A stretch of DNA of 64,000 nt from a virus, in the IMG/VR virus record IMGVR_UViG_3300031519_004866; one strand, 5' to 3'. A program made the position numbers and the translations under genes. Each line of letters starts with the position of its first letter. Position 1 is the first letter of the stretch. Of the stretch, positions 11,045 to 20,531 are shown piece after piece. Below the pieces are notes generated by a model. That model saw only the letters and a list, made by a program, of their open reading frames with translations, was not told the DNA's origin and ran no database searches.

Positions 11045-11484
11045 GCAAACAAATTATAATTTTTAACACTGATCGATCACAAGTGATCTCAGCACAAGAC
11101 TACGACAGCGAGTTTTCGGAAAGACTTACTGAAGGCGGAGTGCCACATAAAACAATAGACATTGATACTGAAAATGAATATTGGTGGGGCGACTATGCTA
11201 GTGGCGGTGTAAGATCGTTAAATGATGTGCCGTTAATTGAAGAAGTTGCTATTGAAGAAGTTATCAATAAACAAATTCTTGTAAAATATCCTGTTCACAA
11301 GCAATTAAATATTATTGCAACTTGTTTAGAAGCAGCTGGAATTCCGCTTACAAGCGAGTTTACTGAAATGCGTGAATATATTAATCAAAAATCAGTAAAT
11401 TACAATTCTGCACTACAAACATATAAAGATAACCCAAGTGTATACAGTTTTTACCCTAAGCCTGTAGCACCAGAAGAAGAGTAA
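11041..11484 (+). CDS. Hypothetical protein, possibly a tail-fibre assembly chaperone
   Basis: 147 aa, ATGA-coupled to the oxygenase gene and located between fibre genes; function inferred from position only. Confidence 0.5.
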   Translation: MSKQIIIFNTDRSQVISAQDYDSEFSERLTEGGVPHKTIDIDTENEYWWGDYASGGVRSLNDVPLIEEVAIEEVINKQILVKYPVHKQLNIIATCLEAAGIPLTSEFTEMREYINQKSVNYNSALQTYKDNPSVYSFYPKPVAPEEE

Positions 11485-11490
11485 AGGTTG

Positions 11491-11497
11491 ATAAATA
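11491..11497 (+). promoter_or_regulatory. T4-late-like promoter (ATAAATA)
   Basis: Intergenic GATAAATACA 29 nt before ATG 11526. Confidence 0.65.
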
Positions 11498-11525
11498 CAA
11501 CTACAAACTAGGAAGATAAAGCACA

Positions 11526-13292
11526 ATGGCATACCAAGTAGATAAATTTAACGGAACTTTTTTAACGTCAGTCGAAGACGGAACTATCGATACCAGTACG
11601 GATTTACGCTTCGTTGGTAAAAATTATGCAGGTTATGGCGAAGTACAGAACGAAAACTTCTTACATTTGTTAGAAAACTTTGCAAATACTACTGCTCCAC
11701 CAAAAGCAGTTTTAGGCCAAATCTGGTTTGATAGTGCTTCTTTAAGACTTAAATTTTATGATGGAACAAAATGGAAAACAGCAAACGGTGCTGAAGTTGC
11801 ATCAGTTGCTCCGTCAGGACTAGCAGTAGGTGAAATTTGGTGGGATACATCAGCAAAGCAGTTATATGCATGGTCAGGCGGTGAGTTTGTATTAGTAGGT
11901 CCAGAAGCATCTCCAGACTTAGGTGCTAGTGGTGCAATTGCACAAGTTGTCAAAGACACAGGCAACACTAACCATTCTATTTTAAAAATTAATTCAGGTG
12001 GAAAAACTGTTTCAATTGTTTCACAAACAGAATTTACACTAAACAGTTCAATTAACCCAATTGATGACTTTACATTAATCAAGAAAGGTATTACTATGGC
12101 AAAAGCAGATGCCAATGGTATTACCACAGATGATTATGTTTATTGGGGAACATCATCAAATGCATTAAAGCTAGGCGGAGTTGCCGCAACAGAATACTTA
12201 CAAAAAGGTAGCATTACCTTTAACCAAGAAATTAATTTCCAAGATGCAGGTTATAGAGTTGGTGACCAAAGTGACTTTAGACTTAGAGTTGAAAACGATG
12301 ATGAAATTGTTTTAGAGAGTGTACTTGGTAACCCTGTTAAATTTATTATTAACGATAGCGGAACAACAAGAAAAAATGTTATGACGTTAGCGTCAACAGG
12401 ATTATTGCCTGGCGTAACAAGTTCATACACACTTGGTTCAGCTTCATTAAAATGGTCAGCAGTACATGCTGATACATTTACAGGAGCATTTACAGGACCA
12501 CTTACGGGTAATATAAATGGTAATACTCAAGGTAGCTTACTTGCAACAGATTCAACCATTATGGTTAATGGTATAACAAAAACTATTGGTTACACAGGAG
12601 CTTCATTATACGGAACACTATTTGGATCAGTACAAGGTAACTTAACAGGTACTGCATCTGATGCAAGTGCGTTAAACGGTATTACTCCATCTATTCCAGT
12701 TCCTGCATCAGGAAACAGTATTGCAGTTAGAGATGCTACAGGTACAATTTACGCTACTACGTTTAACGGCACAGCAAGTAAAGCAGACAGAATTAAAATT
12801 GACGACACAGCTACAGATTCAGATCCAAACTATAAAACAGCTAAGACTACTGCAACAGCAAATAGTATTGCAGCAAGAAATAGTTCAGGAGACTTAATTG
12901 CTAATCTATTCCAAGGTACTGCAACAGCAGCACGTTATGCTGATCTTGCAGAAAAATATTTAACTGATGATGAATACGAAGCAGGAACAGTTGTATCAGT
13001 AGGTGGCGAAGAAGAAGTTACACAATGTAAAGATGGCGATAGAGCGTTAGGTGTTATTTCAGCACAACCTGCATACATGATGAATGCATGGCTAGAAGGC
13101 GGTCAGTACATTGCACTTAAAGGTAGAGTTCCGGTTAAAGTAATTGGAGCTGTCGCTAAAGGTAATAAACTAGTTGCAGCCGCTGACGGGTATGCAAAAG
13201 TTGCTCAAGCACTTGACCCTGATGTGTTTGCAATTGCGTTAGAGTCTAATTCAAATTCAGGAACAAAAGTTATTGAAGCGGTAGTATTATAA
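11526..13292 (+). CDS. Tail fibre/spike protein, paralogue 4
   Basis: N-terminal GKNYAGYGEVQNENFLHLLENFA domain; distinct C-terminal domain ARYADLAEKY...GTVVSVGG...IALKGRVPVKV. Confidence 0.75.
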   Translation: MAYQVDKFNGTFLTSVEDGTIDTSTDLRFVGKNYAGYGEVQNENFLHLLENFANTTAPPKAVLGQIWFDSASLRLKFYDGTKWKTANGAEVASVAPSGLAVGEIWWDTSAKQLYAWSGGEFVLVGPEASPDLGASGAIAQVVKDTGNTNHSILKINSGGKTVSIVSQTEFTLNSSINPIDDFTLIKKGITMAKADANGITTDDYVYWGTSSNALKLGGVAATEYLQKGSITFNQEINFQDAGYRVGDQSDFRLRVENDDEIVLESVLGNPVKFIINDSGTTRKNVMTLASTGLLPGVTSSYTLGSASLKWSAVHADTFTGAFTGPLTGNINGNTQGSLLATDSTIMVNGITKTIGYTGASLYGTLFGSVQGNLTGTASDASALNGITPSIPVPASGNSIAVRDATGTIYATTFNGTASKADRIKIDDTATDSDPNYKTAKTTATANSIAARNSSGDLIANLFQGTATAARYADLAEKYLTDDEYEAGTVVSVGGEEEVTQCKDGDRALGVISAQPAYMMNAWLEGGQYIALKGRVPVKVIGAVAKGNKLVAAADGYAKVAQALDPDVFAIALESNSNSGTKVIEAVVL

Positions 13293-14194
13293 TGGCTACA
13301 ACCGGCGCACAAATATTATCTACAGACCTAAACACGTTAAGAAACAAAGTTTCTGACGTAATTGGTAGTGGCACCGGCACATTCGGATACGGCCAAACTG
13401 TAAACAGCTCAACAGTTATTTCAGGGCAAACAGTTTTAAAGTCTCACTTTGATGCAATTAGGTTTGACATTGTTAATGCATATTTTCATCAAAACGGTTT
13501 AGTTCCAGCAGCAACAATTGCACAAATTGGTGATCCTATTTCAGCAGGAGCAAGTGATCCGTTTAATGGGTACAATGCTCTTGCAGATGAAATTAGAAGT
13601 GATAGATTTGATTGCGATCCTGGTCTACTAACAGTTACTCCAAAAGCTACTACAACTTACACATCAGCATGGAGTAGTGCTGCTGAACATGTGGTTACTA
13701 TGACATTTGCCAATGCAGACGATGCAAGGCATTTTTGGAATTCAGGAAGCAGACTTAGAATTACAGCAAACAGAGCGTTTGGATCTGCAACACAACAAAA
13801 TGGTGCATGGACAGATTTGTTATCAGCAGCTGGTTCACAAACGTTTGGCGGCAGATTACCTACACCTTTAGCTCACACATACATGCTGACTAACACATAT
13901 CAGCAACTTTATACGTTAGCTGCAAGTACACCTTATTCAAACAACGAATACAAAATTTTAGGCAAATGTGATGTTGCTAGTAATGCAGCTGGAACAGCTA
14001 GAATCTTTGATTTTAAAGTTTTATTATCAGACAACTATACAGATCCAGGAGCACCAGCTCCGGGAGATTCAGTAGACGGCACTCTTTCTATTACTGTAGA
14101 AGAATTAAAAGCTACAGGAACAATATTGCCTGCTAATACTGCATTTTCTATCACATCGCCAGCATACACAGCCGCCGCGATCAGTGCTTCTTAG
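13292..14194 (+). CDS. Putative virion structural protein (paralogue of next gene)
   Basis: Shares A..ARHF(W/F)NSG...W..LLS.AG(S/T)Q.FGG and AS(T/S)PY(S/T).N.Y.I with 14229..15257. Confidence 0.6.
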   Translation: MATTGAQILSTDLNTLRNKVSDVIGSGTGTFGYGQTVNSSTVISGQTVLKSHFDAIRFDIVNAYFHQNGLVPAATIAQIGDPISAGASDPFNGYNALADEIRSDRFDCDPGLLTVTPKATTTYTSAWSSAAEHVVTMTFANADDARHFWNSGSRLRITANRAFGSATQQNGAWTDLLSAAGSQTFGGRLPTPLAHTYMLTNTYQQLYTLAASTPYSNNEYKILGKCDVASNAAGTARIFDFKVLLSDNYTDPGAPAPGDSVDGTLSITVEELKATGTILPANTAFSITSPAYTAAAISAS

Positions 14195-14205
14195 TTGCTG
14201 GTACA

Positions 14206-14212
14206 ATAAATA
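14206..14212 (+). promoter_or_regulatory. T4-late-like promoter (ATAAATA)
   Basis: Intergenic motif 17 nt before ATG 14229, followed by GAGGA. Confidence 0.65.
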
Positions 14213-14228
14213 CTGTTGAGGAAAACAT

Positions 14229-15257
14229 ATGTCCGGCATCGGCGATAAAATTGATAAAAACGAATACAACAACCTAGTAGAAATCATGAATCTCTACATA
14301 GGGAATTCTACGAACACATCCTCTCATGTATATGCAAAAAGTGGATATGGCCAAGCTATTAATGCACTAGGTGTTAGTGAATCAGATAAAATTACTGTTG
14401 AACAATATGGTAGAGTTATTACAGACCTGTATAACTGGTATCGACATATTTACGGTTCAAATCCTCCATCTAACTACGGTGGCTGGCCAAATAACGTTGG
14501 CCTTGATAAAATCATTGATAGTAGCAACAGTACAAATGACGCTGGCCCTTCACGTCCGTTTAATAGATGGTCTCAGCTTCTAGTGCCACTACTAAACAAT
14601 AAAAACATTGTTCCACCAGCAGCAGTTGCAACTACTACTAACCATAGTAATGTTTCGTATGCAGGTACGTGGGCAGGTTCTGCAACATGTGTTGTTAGTG
14701 TGTCATGGCCTACTGCACAACAAGCAAGACACTTTTTTAACAGTGGCGGCCAAATACAATTTACATCAGCATTAACTGCAACTTCTGGGTCAGCTCAAGA
14801 TGCATCGTGGGCAAGTTTATTATCAGTAGCAGGCACACAGAGCTTTGGTGGCCAAACGCCGGCAACTGGCGGAACTCCCGCAGACGGATATAATTGGTTT
14901 AGATGCCAATCTACATATCAACAACCGTTTTATACTGCAACAGCATCTTCACCATACACAGCAAACTACTATAGAATATATGCAAGAACTCCAGGGGTTA
15001 CTAATTCACTCGGAACTGCTTCGAGTATAGAATTTACGTTATTCTTTAATGACGGACACGTTGGATTAGGTGGCCCTCCAGCTCAAGGATCAGTAGGTAG
15101 TAATACATACGGTCCAGACGTAGTTGGTCCTGCATCACTCCAAATTGCTACAACATCAAGAAAAGCCTCTGGATTTATTAGCTTATACCCGTCAGGCAGC
15201 ACAGGGTTTAACATTACAACCCCAACTGTAAGCGTCGGAGCAATCACAGTCAGTTAA
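14229..15257 (+). CDS. Putative virion structural protein (paralogue of previous gene)
   Basis: Shared motifs with 13292..14194; Ser/Thr/Gly-rich. Confidence 0.6.
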   Translation: MSGIGDKIDKNEYNNLVEIMNLYIGNSTNTSSHVYAKSGYGQAINALGVSESDKITVEQYGRVITDLYNWYRHIYGSNPPSNYGGWPNNVGLDKIIDSSNSTNDAGPSRPFNRWSQLLVPLLNNKNIVPPAAVATTTNHSNVSYAGTWAGSATCVVSVSWPTAQQARHFFNSGGQIQFTSALTATSGSAQDASWASLLSVAGTQSFGGQTPATGGTPADGYNWFRCQSTYQQPFYTATASSPYTANYYRIYARTPGVTNSLGTASSIEFTLFFNDGHVGLGGPPAQGSVGSNTYGPDVVGPASLQIATTSRKASGFISLYPSGSTGFNITTPTVSVGAITVS

Positions 15258-15280
15258 CTTAGTCCACAGCTATACAGCGC

Positions 15281-15287
15281 ATAAATA
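15281..15287 (+). promoter_or_regulatory. T4-late-like promoter (ATAAATA) heading the glycan cluster
   Basis: GCATAAATATT in the intergenic gap, followed by GGAGG and ATG 15318. Confidence 0.65.
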
Positions 15288-15317
15288 TTATAAGTGCTAC
15301 TATAACTCGGAGGCTAC

Positions 15318-15668
15318 ATGCAAGAACAACTAAAACAAGCATTAGATTTTTCAAAATACAGAGAAACTTTTGCAATTCAACGTAAAACCCTAAAAGAAAA
15401 AATTGATGCTAGATTAACCTATGGCATTAATGGCGGAATCTTTAAAATTAATAGAGAACTGATTAACTTTGTTCAAATGCTTATTGGAGCAGAACGGACT
15501 GAAGGCGTAGTTCTACTTGACGTTAACAACAATCCTATTCTAATTGATAATTTAGTAGAATTTAAAGATGAAATTTTAGATAGATACATGACATCAACTC
15601 TAGAATACTACGAAGAATATCAAAAACTTAAAAAAAGCAGGTCAGTTGAAAGTTTAATTGCGGATTAA
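15318..15668 (+). CDS. Hypothetical protein
   Basis: 116-aa ORF with GGAGG RBS. Confidence 0.75.
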   Translation: MQEQLKQALDFSKYRETFAIQRKTLKEKIDARLTYGINGGIFKINRELINFVQMLIGAERTEGVVLLDVNNNPILIDNLVEFKDEILDRYMTSTLEYYEEYQKLKKSRSVESLIAD

Positions 15669-15669
15669 T

Positions 15670-16530
15670 ATGGATAACGGAATTGTAATATTTGCGCATA
15701 ATAATCGACAGATGGATTATGCTAAAATGGCAGTAGTAGCGGGTGGCCTTGCTAAAAAACATCTCGGCTATCCGGTATCATTAGTAACTGATGACTCTAC
15801 AGTTGACTATATGAAAACATCTGAGACTTATAAAAACGCTAACAACGTGTTTGACAGCATTATTTTAGTTGATCGTCCGCCCCAATTACAGCAAAGAACT
15901 TTTCATGATGGCAAAGAGTTTGAAGTAGCACCTTTTAATAACTCTAATAGGCCTAATGTTTGGGATATTACTCCTTATGAAAGAACACTTATGATTGATT
16001 GTGATTATTTAGTGTTCTCAGATACGTTAAACAACTATTGGGATGTTGATCAAGATATACTTATATCACACAAGTATAACGATATCATTGGACAAAGCAG
16101 AACAGGCTACCACGATACATACGTTTCGGATACTGGCGTTAAGTTATTATGGGCAACTACTGTAATGTTTACAAAAAACGATCAAACTAAAATATTTTTT
16201 AGACTAGTACAGTATATTAAAGACAATTACAAGTTTTTTGCAGACACATATAGGTTTGATTCTAGAATGTATAGGAATGATATCAGTTTTGCAATTGCTA
16301 ATCATATTTTAAATGGTTTCCAAGACCAAGAAGAATACACATTACCACCAGTATTCTCAACTGTAGACAAAGACATACTAGTTGATGTTAAGAATTCTAC
16401 TTTACAATTTTTAAGTTCACCTACATTAGGTGAAAACTACTTAGCAGTATCATCAAAAGGCAACGATATTCATATTATGAATAAGAAAAGTCTAGAACGT
16501 AATGTTGATAAACTAATGGAGTTGATATGA
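15670..16530 (+). CDS. GT-A-fold glycosyltransferase-like protein (GT8-like)
   Basis: DxD motif in TPYERTLMIDCDYLV; LLWATTVMF and ...NDISFAIA pattern; paralogous to the next gene. Confidence 0.6.
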   Translation: MDNGIVIFAHNNRQMDYAKMAVVAGGLAKKHLGYPVSLVTDDSTVDYMKTSETYKNANNVFDSIILVDRPPQLQQRTFHDGKEFEVAPFNNSNRPNVWDITPYERTLMIDCDYLVFSDTLNNYWDVDQDILISHKYNDIIGQSRTGYHDTYVSDTGVKLLWATTVMFTKNDQTKIFFRLVQYIKDNYKFFADTYRFDSRMYRNDISFAIANHILNGFQDQEEYTLPPVFSTVDKDILVDVKNSTLQFLSSPTLGENYLAVSSKGNDIHIMNKKSLERNVDKLMELI

Positions 16531-17366
16531 ACTTTGGATATTTAATTGTTGTTGCTACATCAGCAGAACATAACTATGCACAACTAGCATATGCACTTGC
16601 ATTAAGTATTAAAAATACGCAAAAGCCTGGCTATGACAAAGTTGCCTTAGTGATTGATGATAAAAGCCAAATTGAAAACTTTAATTCGCCTTGGGTATTT
16701 GATGAAATTATCGAGTGGGATAAAAAAGGACACTGGGACGGCCGATCATATATGGACGAATTAAGTCCTTGGGAACACACAGTGTGTTTAGATGCAGATA
16801 TGCTATTTTTTAGAGATTATAGCCATTGGATTGACTATTTTATTAAGAATTCTGAATTATATATTGCTAACACTGCGTATACTTACAGGGGAGAACTAGT
16901 AACTAGTGACATATATAGAAGAACATTTACTAAAAATTCTCTTCCAAACTTGTATTCTTTCTTTACATTCTTTAAAAAAGATAGTATACTAGCAGCAGAG
17001 TTCTTTATGCTGCAACGTTCAATAATGGATAATCCAAACGAATATATAAACATGTTTTTAAAAGAACATACTCCTAAAGTTATAGGAACAGACGAAGCGT
17101 TTTCTATTGCTGCAAAGATTTTAGATATTACAGACGAAATTGCGTACCCTATGCAGTTTCCAAGAGTAGTACATCTAAAAGGCGGAGTACAAAATTGGCC
17201 ATGGCCGGCAAACAAAGCAACAGATCATGTGGGATATTATTTAAATGACAAGGGTAAACTTAAAATAGGAAGTTATCAGCAAAACGATATTGTACATTAT
17301 GTTGAAAAAGACAAGGTTACATTAGAAACAATTAATGTATTAGAGGAGTTAGTATGGAAGAGTTAG
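16527..17366 (+). CDS. GT-A-fold glycosyltransferase-like protein (GT8-like)
   Basis: SPWEHTVCLDADMLFF (DxD); GTDEAFSIA; VHLKG. Confidence 0.6.
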   Translation: MNFGYLIVVATSAEHNYAQLAYALALSIKNTQKPGYDKVALVIDDKSQIENFNSPWVFDEIIEWDKKGHWDGRSYMDELSPWEHTVCLDADMLFFRDYSHWIDYFIKNSELYIANTAYTYRGELVTSDIYRRTFTKNSLPNLYSFFTFFKKDSILAAEFFMLQRSIMDNPNEYINMFLKEHTPKVIGTDEAFSIAAKILDITDEIAYPMQFPRVVHLKGGVQNWPWPANKATDHVGYYLNDKGKLKIGSYQQNDIVHYVEKDKVTLETINVLEELVWKS

Positions 17367-17998
17367 AAGAATTTATGCCGGACTTTGACGAATGGCTTAA
17401 AAACTATGTAGAACCAGAAAGAAAATTTGGTGCAGCATTTGAACCTGATACAGGACAGTTAGTTTGTGTAGGACCGTTTGTAGCAGTACAATTAGAGTAC
17501 GAACACATTACAGAAATTGATGAAGATATTGCTGTTAAAATTATTGATGGCGAAATTAAAATTTCAAATTGTTTCTTTGACACTAACGAAGGAAAGTTTG
17601 AGATTACTGAAGAAAAAGTTCTTAATAAAATTGATGACGTATTACATAGAATTGTTGACAAGCGTTGGACAGACGATTGTAAACCCGATATCTATCTTAC
17701 ATATAATAAAGACGCAAAAACTCTTAAGGTAGAGCTTAGTGAAGAATTTAATGGAACTAAAGTACTAGATAATGAATGGCAGCCAGCTGGAAAACGTAAA
17801 ATGTTTTGGTCTGGAGAAACTATTTTATCTTTTACAGTCGCTGACTATAATGATCCTCATTTTCCACAACAAATGTTTGATGTTAAACTTGAAGACCTAA
17901 ATGAAAAATTTGTTGTAATTGACGATGTTGATATTACAGGAAAGTTTAGTATCTTTACTAGAAGATTATTTAAGAACTATGTGCTAGAGGAGATTTAA
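17354..17998 (+). CDS. Hypothetical protein (acidic)
   Basis: 214-aa ORF overlapping its neighbours in the same operon. Confidence 0.7.
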   Translation: MEELEEFMPDFDEWLKNYVEPERKFGAAFEPDTGQLVCVGPFVAVQLEYEHITEIDEDIAVKIIDGEIKISNCFFDTNEGKFEITEEKVLNKIDDVLHRIVDKRWTDDCKPDIYLTYNKDAKTLKVELSEEFNGTKVLDNEWQPAGKRKMFWSGETILSFTVADYNDPHFPQQMFDVKLEDLNEKFVVIDDVDITGKFSIFTRRLFKNYVLEEI

Positions 17999-18904
17999 AT
18001 GCGAGTAGTCGAGTTTGACATATTCTTTTTAAGCTACGATGAACCGTTTGCTGATTTACACTATGCAGATTTATGTAATAAAGTTCCGTGGGCAAAGCGT
18101 GTACATGGTGTAAAAGGTAGCGATGCAGCACACAAAGCAGCAGCAAAACAAAGCGAAACTGATTGGTTTATAACTGTTGATGCTGATAATATTATATATC
18201 CTGAATTTTTAAATCTTGATCTTGATATGTCAAATGCAGAAATTCAAGTATATAGTTGGTGTGGAAAAAACACAATTAACGGATTAAGATACGGCAATGG
18301 TGGATTAAAACTTTGGAATACTGAGCATGTTTTAAATATGAAAACACATGAACATGCAGATAGCGAACGTGCCCAAGTAGATTTTTGTTGGGAGACCGGC
18401 TATCGTAATTTTCCAGTTACATACAGTGATACAAAGATTAATAGTAATCCCTATCATGCTTGGCGTGCAGGGTTTCGAGAAGGTGTCAAGATGACATTGT
18501 TTGATGGATTAAAAGTTCCTCCTATGGAAATTAAAGATAGGATATGGTGGCATAATATTCACAGACTTAGAATGTGGTCAACTGTAGGTTCGCATTGTGA
18601 AAACGGGTTAATGGCAATACTTGGTGCAAGACAAGGTACACATATGACTAACTGTACAGATTGGGATCATATTGAAGTTAGAGACTTTGAACTGTTAGGT
18701 GATATCTATAAAGAAAAAGCAGAATGCTATGCTCAAGATAATGAAGCCTGTATACAAGAAATAAAACGATTAGGTAATGAAATTAAAGTTAACTTAGGAC
18801 TCGATTGGGTTTGGCTAGAACCAGACACAAGTAAGTATATGCTTGAACTATATGACGAGTCATTAAATTTAGGACAAACGTACTACAGTAAAAAATATGT
18901 ATGA
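17999..18904 (+). CDS. GT-A-like glycosyltransferase
   Basis: DIFFLSYDEP...KRVHGVKG...AHKAAA...WFITVDADN (DxD); homologous to the C-terminal domain of the next gene. Confidence 0.6.
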   Translation: MRVVEFDIFFLSYDEPFADLHYADLCNKVPWAKRVHGVKGSDAAHKAAAKQSETDWFITVDADNIIYPEFLNLDLDMSNAEIQVYSWCGKNTINGLRYGNGGLKLWNTEHVLNMKTHEHADSERAQVDFCWETGYRNFPVTYSDTKINSNPYHAWRAGFREGVKMTLFDGLKVPPMEIKDRIWWHNIHRLRMWSTVGSHCENGLMAILGARQGTHMTNCTDWDHIEVRDFELLGDIYKEKAECYAQDNEACIQEIKRLGNEIKVNLGLDWVWLEPDTSKYMLELYDESLNLGQTYYSKKYV

Positions 18905-20531
18905 TATCTTTTTTGTTAGTCTTGGAAAAATAAATGATAGTGCTTGGAGTAAATTCAAAGCACGATTTCCTAACGCACAAAAAATAGATAACTGTGATAG
19001 CTTTTCAGTAGTAAACAATAAGTCGTTAACAAAAAACTTTTGGGTAGTTTGGGATTATTTAGAAGTTGCAGATAGTTTTGATCTAACATACAGAGTTACT
19101 GAATGGGATAACCAATACATTCATATTTTTAAAAACGGTATGCATTATGACGGAATTTGTTTGTTTCCAAAAAATACAGACATCTCTCGCAACGAATGGA
19201 AATACAGATTTTTTACTAACAAAAAAGAAATAGATGTTGTTGCAAGTACACCCGTTGATTATAATATAGTAGCATGTAGTACGTATGAAGAATTATTAGA
19301 AGGCCAGAAAAATAGCACATCAGATTATATATGGGCAGTTCCGTCTGATGTAAATGTTTTAAATTTTCCTACGTATCAAGTACCAACATGGGAAAAAGAT
19401 ACTGTACATATTTTTAAAAACGCAACGACCTATGACGGTGTGTTTATTTGTCATAAAAATAATGTAGTATCAAAAAGAGAGTTTGAGCATAGGTTTTTTA
19501 TTAACAAAAAAGAAATAGATATTATTGTAAGTAATCCTACTCCGTTTGAAATGTATCAATTAGAGTCATATCAAGATTATGTAAATGCATTATCTTCTTG
19601 CAAACTTGATATGTTTTGGGGTGTGTACACTAATCTAAATGTTAATTTTAATTTTGATTATTACATTCCTAAATATGATAGCTATCATAGAAAACTTACA
19701 CACGTATTTCTAAATGGAATTCACTATGACGGTGTTGTACTATTTTCAAAAGAGCGTCCAGTTACAGAGCGTGAATTTAATTCTAGATTCTATACAAACA
19801 AAAAAGATGTAAATATTATTTCAAGTACTCCAGAGTTGTTTGACATTGTTTTTATTAGTTACCAAGAACCTAATGCAGAAAAAACGTTTGCACAACTGCA
19901 AGATCATATTAGATCAGTTAACCCTAAGCTAAAATTAAAACGTGTACATGGTGTAAAAGGAATTCATCAAGCACACATTGCAGCAGCAAGGTTATGTAGT
20001 ACAAATATGTTTTGGGTAGTAGATGGTGATTCTCAAATAGTATCTAATTTTAAATTTGATTACACAGTTCCGTATTGGGATCAAGATATGGTACATGTAT
20101 GGAGAAGTAAAAATCCTGTTAACGACTTAGAATATGGTTATGGCGGCACAAAGTTATTACCAACTCAAGCAGTACTAGATATAACTGATACAACTACAGA
20201 TATGACCACAAGCCTTTCTTCCAAGTTTAAACCAATGCCAGAAGTAAGTAACGTTAGTGTATTCAATACAGATCCTTATAGTACATGGAAAAGTGCATTT
20301 AGAGAATGTTGTAAATTAGCTAGTAGAGCCATTAACAGACAAGAACATTCTGAAACAGATGACCGCTTAGATGTTTGGACAACTGAAGGATACGAAAGAC
20401 CATTTGGTAAGTTTGCAGTAGAAGGAGCAATTGCAGGCCGAAAGTACGGAATTGAAAATAGTAATAAGCCAGACAATTTACGTAAAATAAATGATTTTAA
20501 TTGGCTACAGGAACAATTTGATGCAAGATAA
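18897..20531 (+). CDS. Multi-repeat glycosyltransferase-like protein (3 degenerate + 1 intact GT-A-like unit)
   Basis: Three ~95-aa repeats ending YDG...RF(F/Y).NKK(E/D), then DIVFISYQEP...KRVHGVKGIHQAH...FWVVDGD. Confidence 0.6.
   Translation: MYDIFFVSLGKINDSAWSKFKARFPNAQKIDNCDSFSVVNNKSLTKNFWVVWDYLEVADSFDLTYRVTEWDNQYIHIFKNGMHYDGICLFPKNTDISRNEWKYRFFTNKKEIDVVASTPVDYNIVACSTYEELLEGQKNSTSDYIWAVPSDVNVLNFPTYQVPTWEKDTVHIFKNATTYDGVFICHKNNVVSKREFEHRFFINKKEIDIIVSNPTPFEMYQLESYQDYVNALSSCKLDMFWGVYTNLNVNFNFDYYIPKYDSYHRKLTHVFLNGIHYDGVVLFSKERPVTEREFNSRFYTNKKDVNIISSTPELFDIVFISYQEPNAEKTFAQLQDHIRSVNPKLKLKRVHGVKGIHQAHIAAARLCSTNMFWVVDGDSQIVSNFKFDYTVPYWDQDMVHVWRSKNPVNDLEYGYGGTKLLPTQAVLDITDTTTDMTTSLSSKFKPMPEVSNVSVFNTDPYSTWKSAFRECCKLASRAINRQEHSETDDRLDVWTTEGYERPFGKFAVEGAIAGRKYGIENSNKPDNLRKINDFNWLQEQFDAR

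Noticed and set aside
4271-13292. Diversity-generating retroelement acting on fibre tips
   Set aside because: No reverse transcriptase and no near-identical template/variable repeat pair with A-specific mismatches was seen in the window.
2919-14287. Many antisense ORFs in the fibre region (e.g. 4627..5070, 6526..7053, 7069..7965)
   Set aside because: They are shadows of strongly biased plus-strand genes, with no RBS or motifs.
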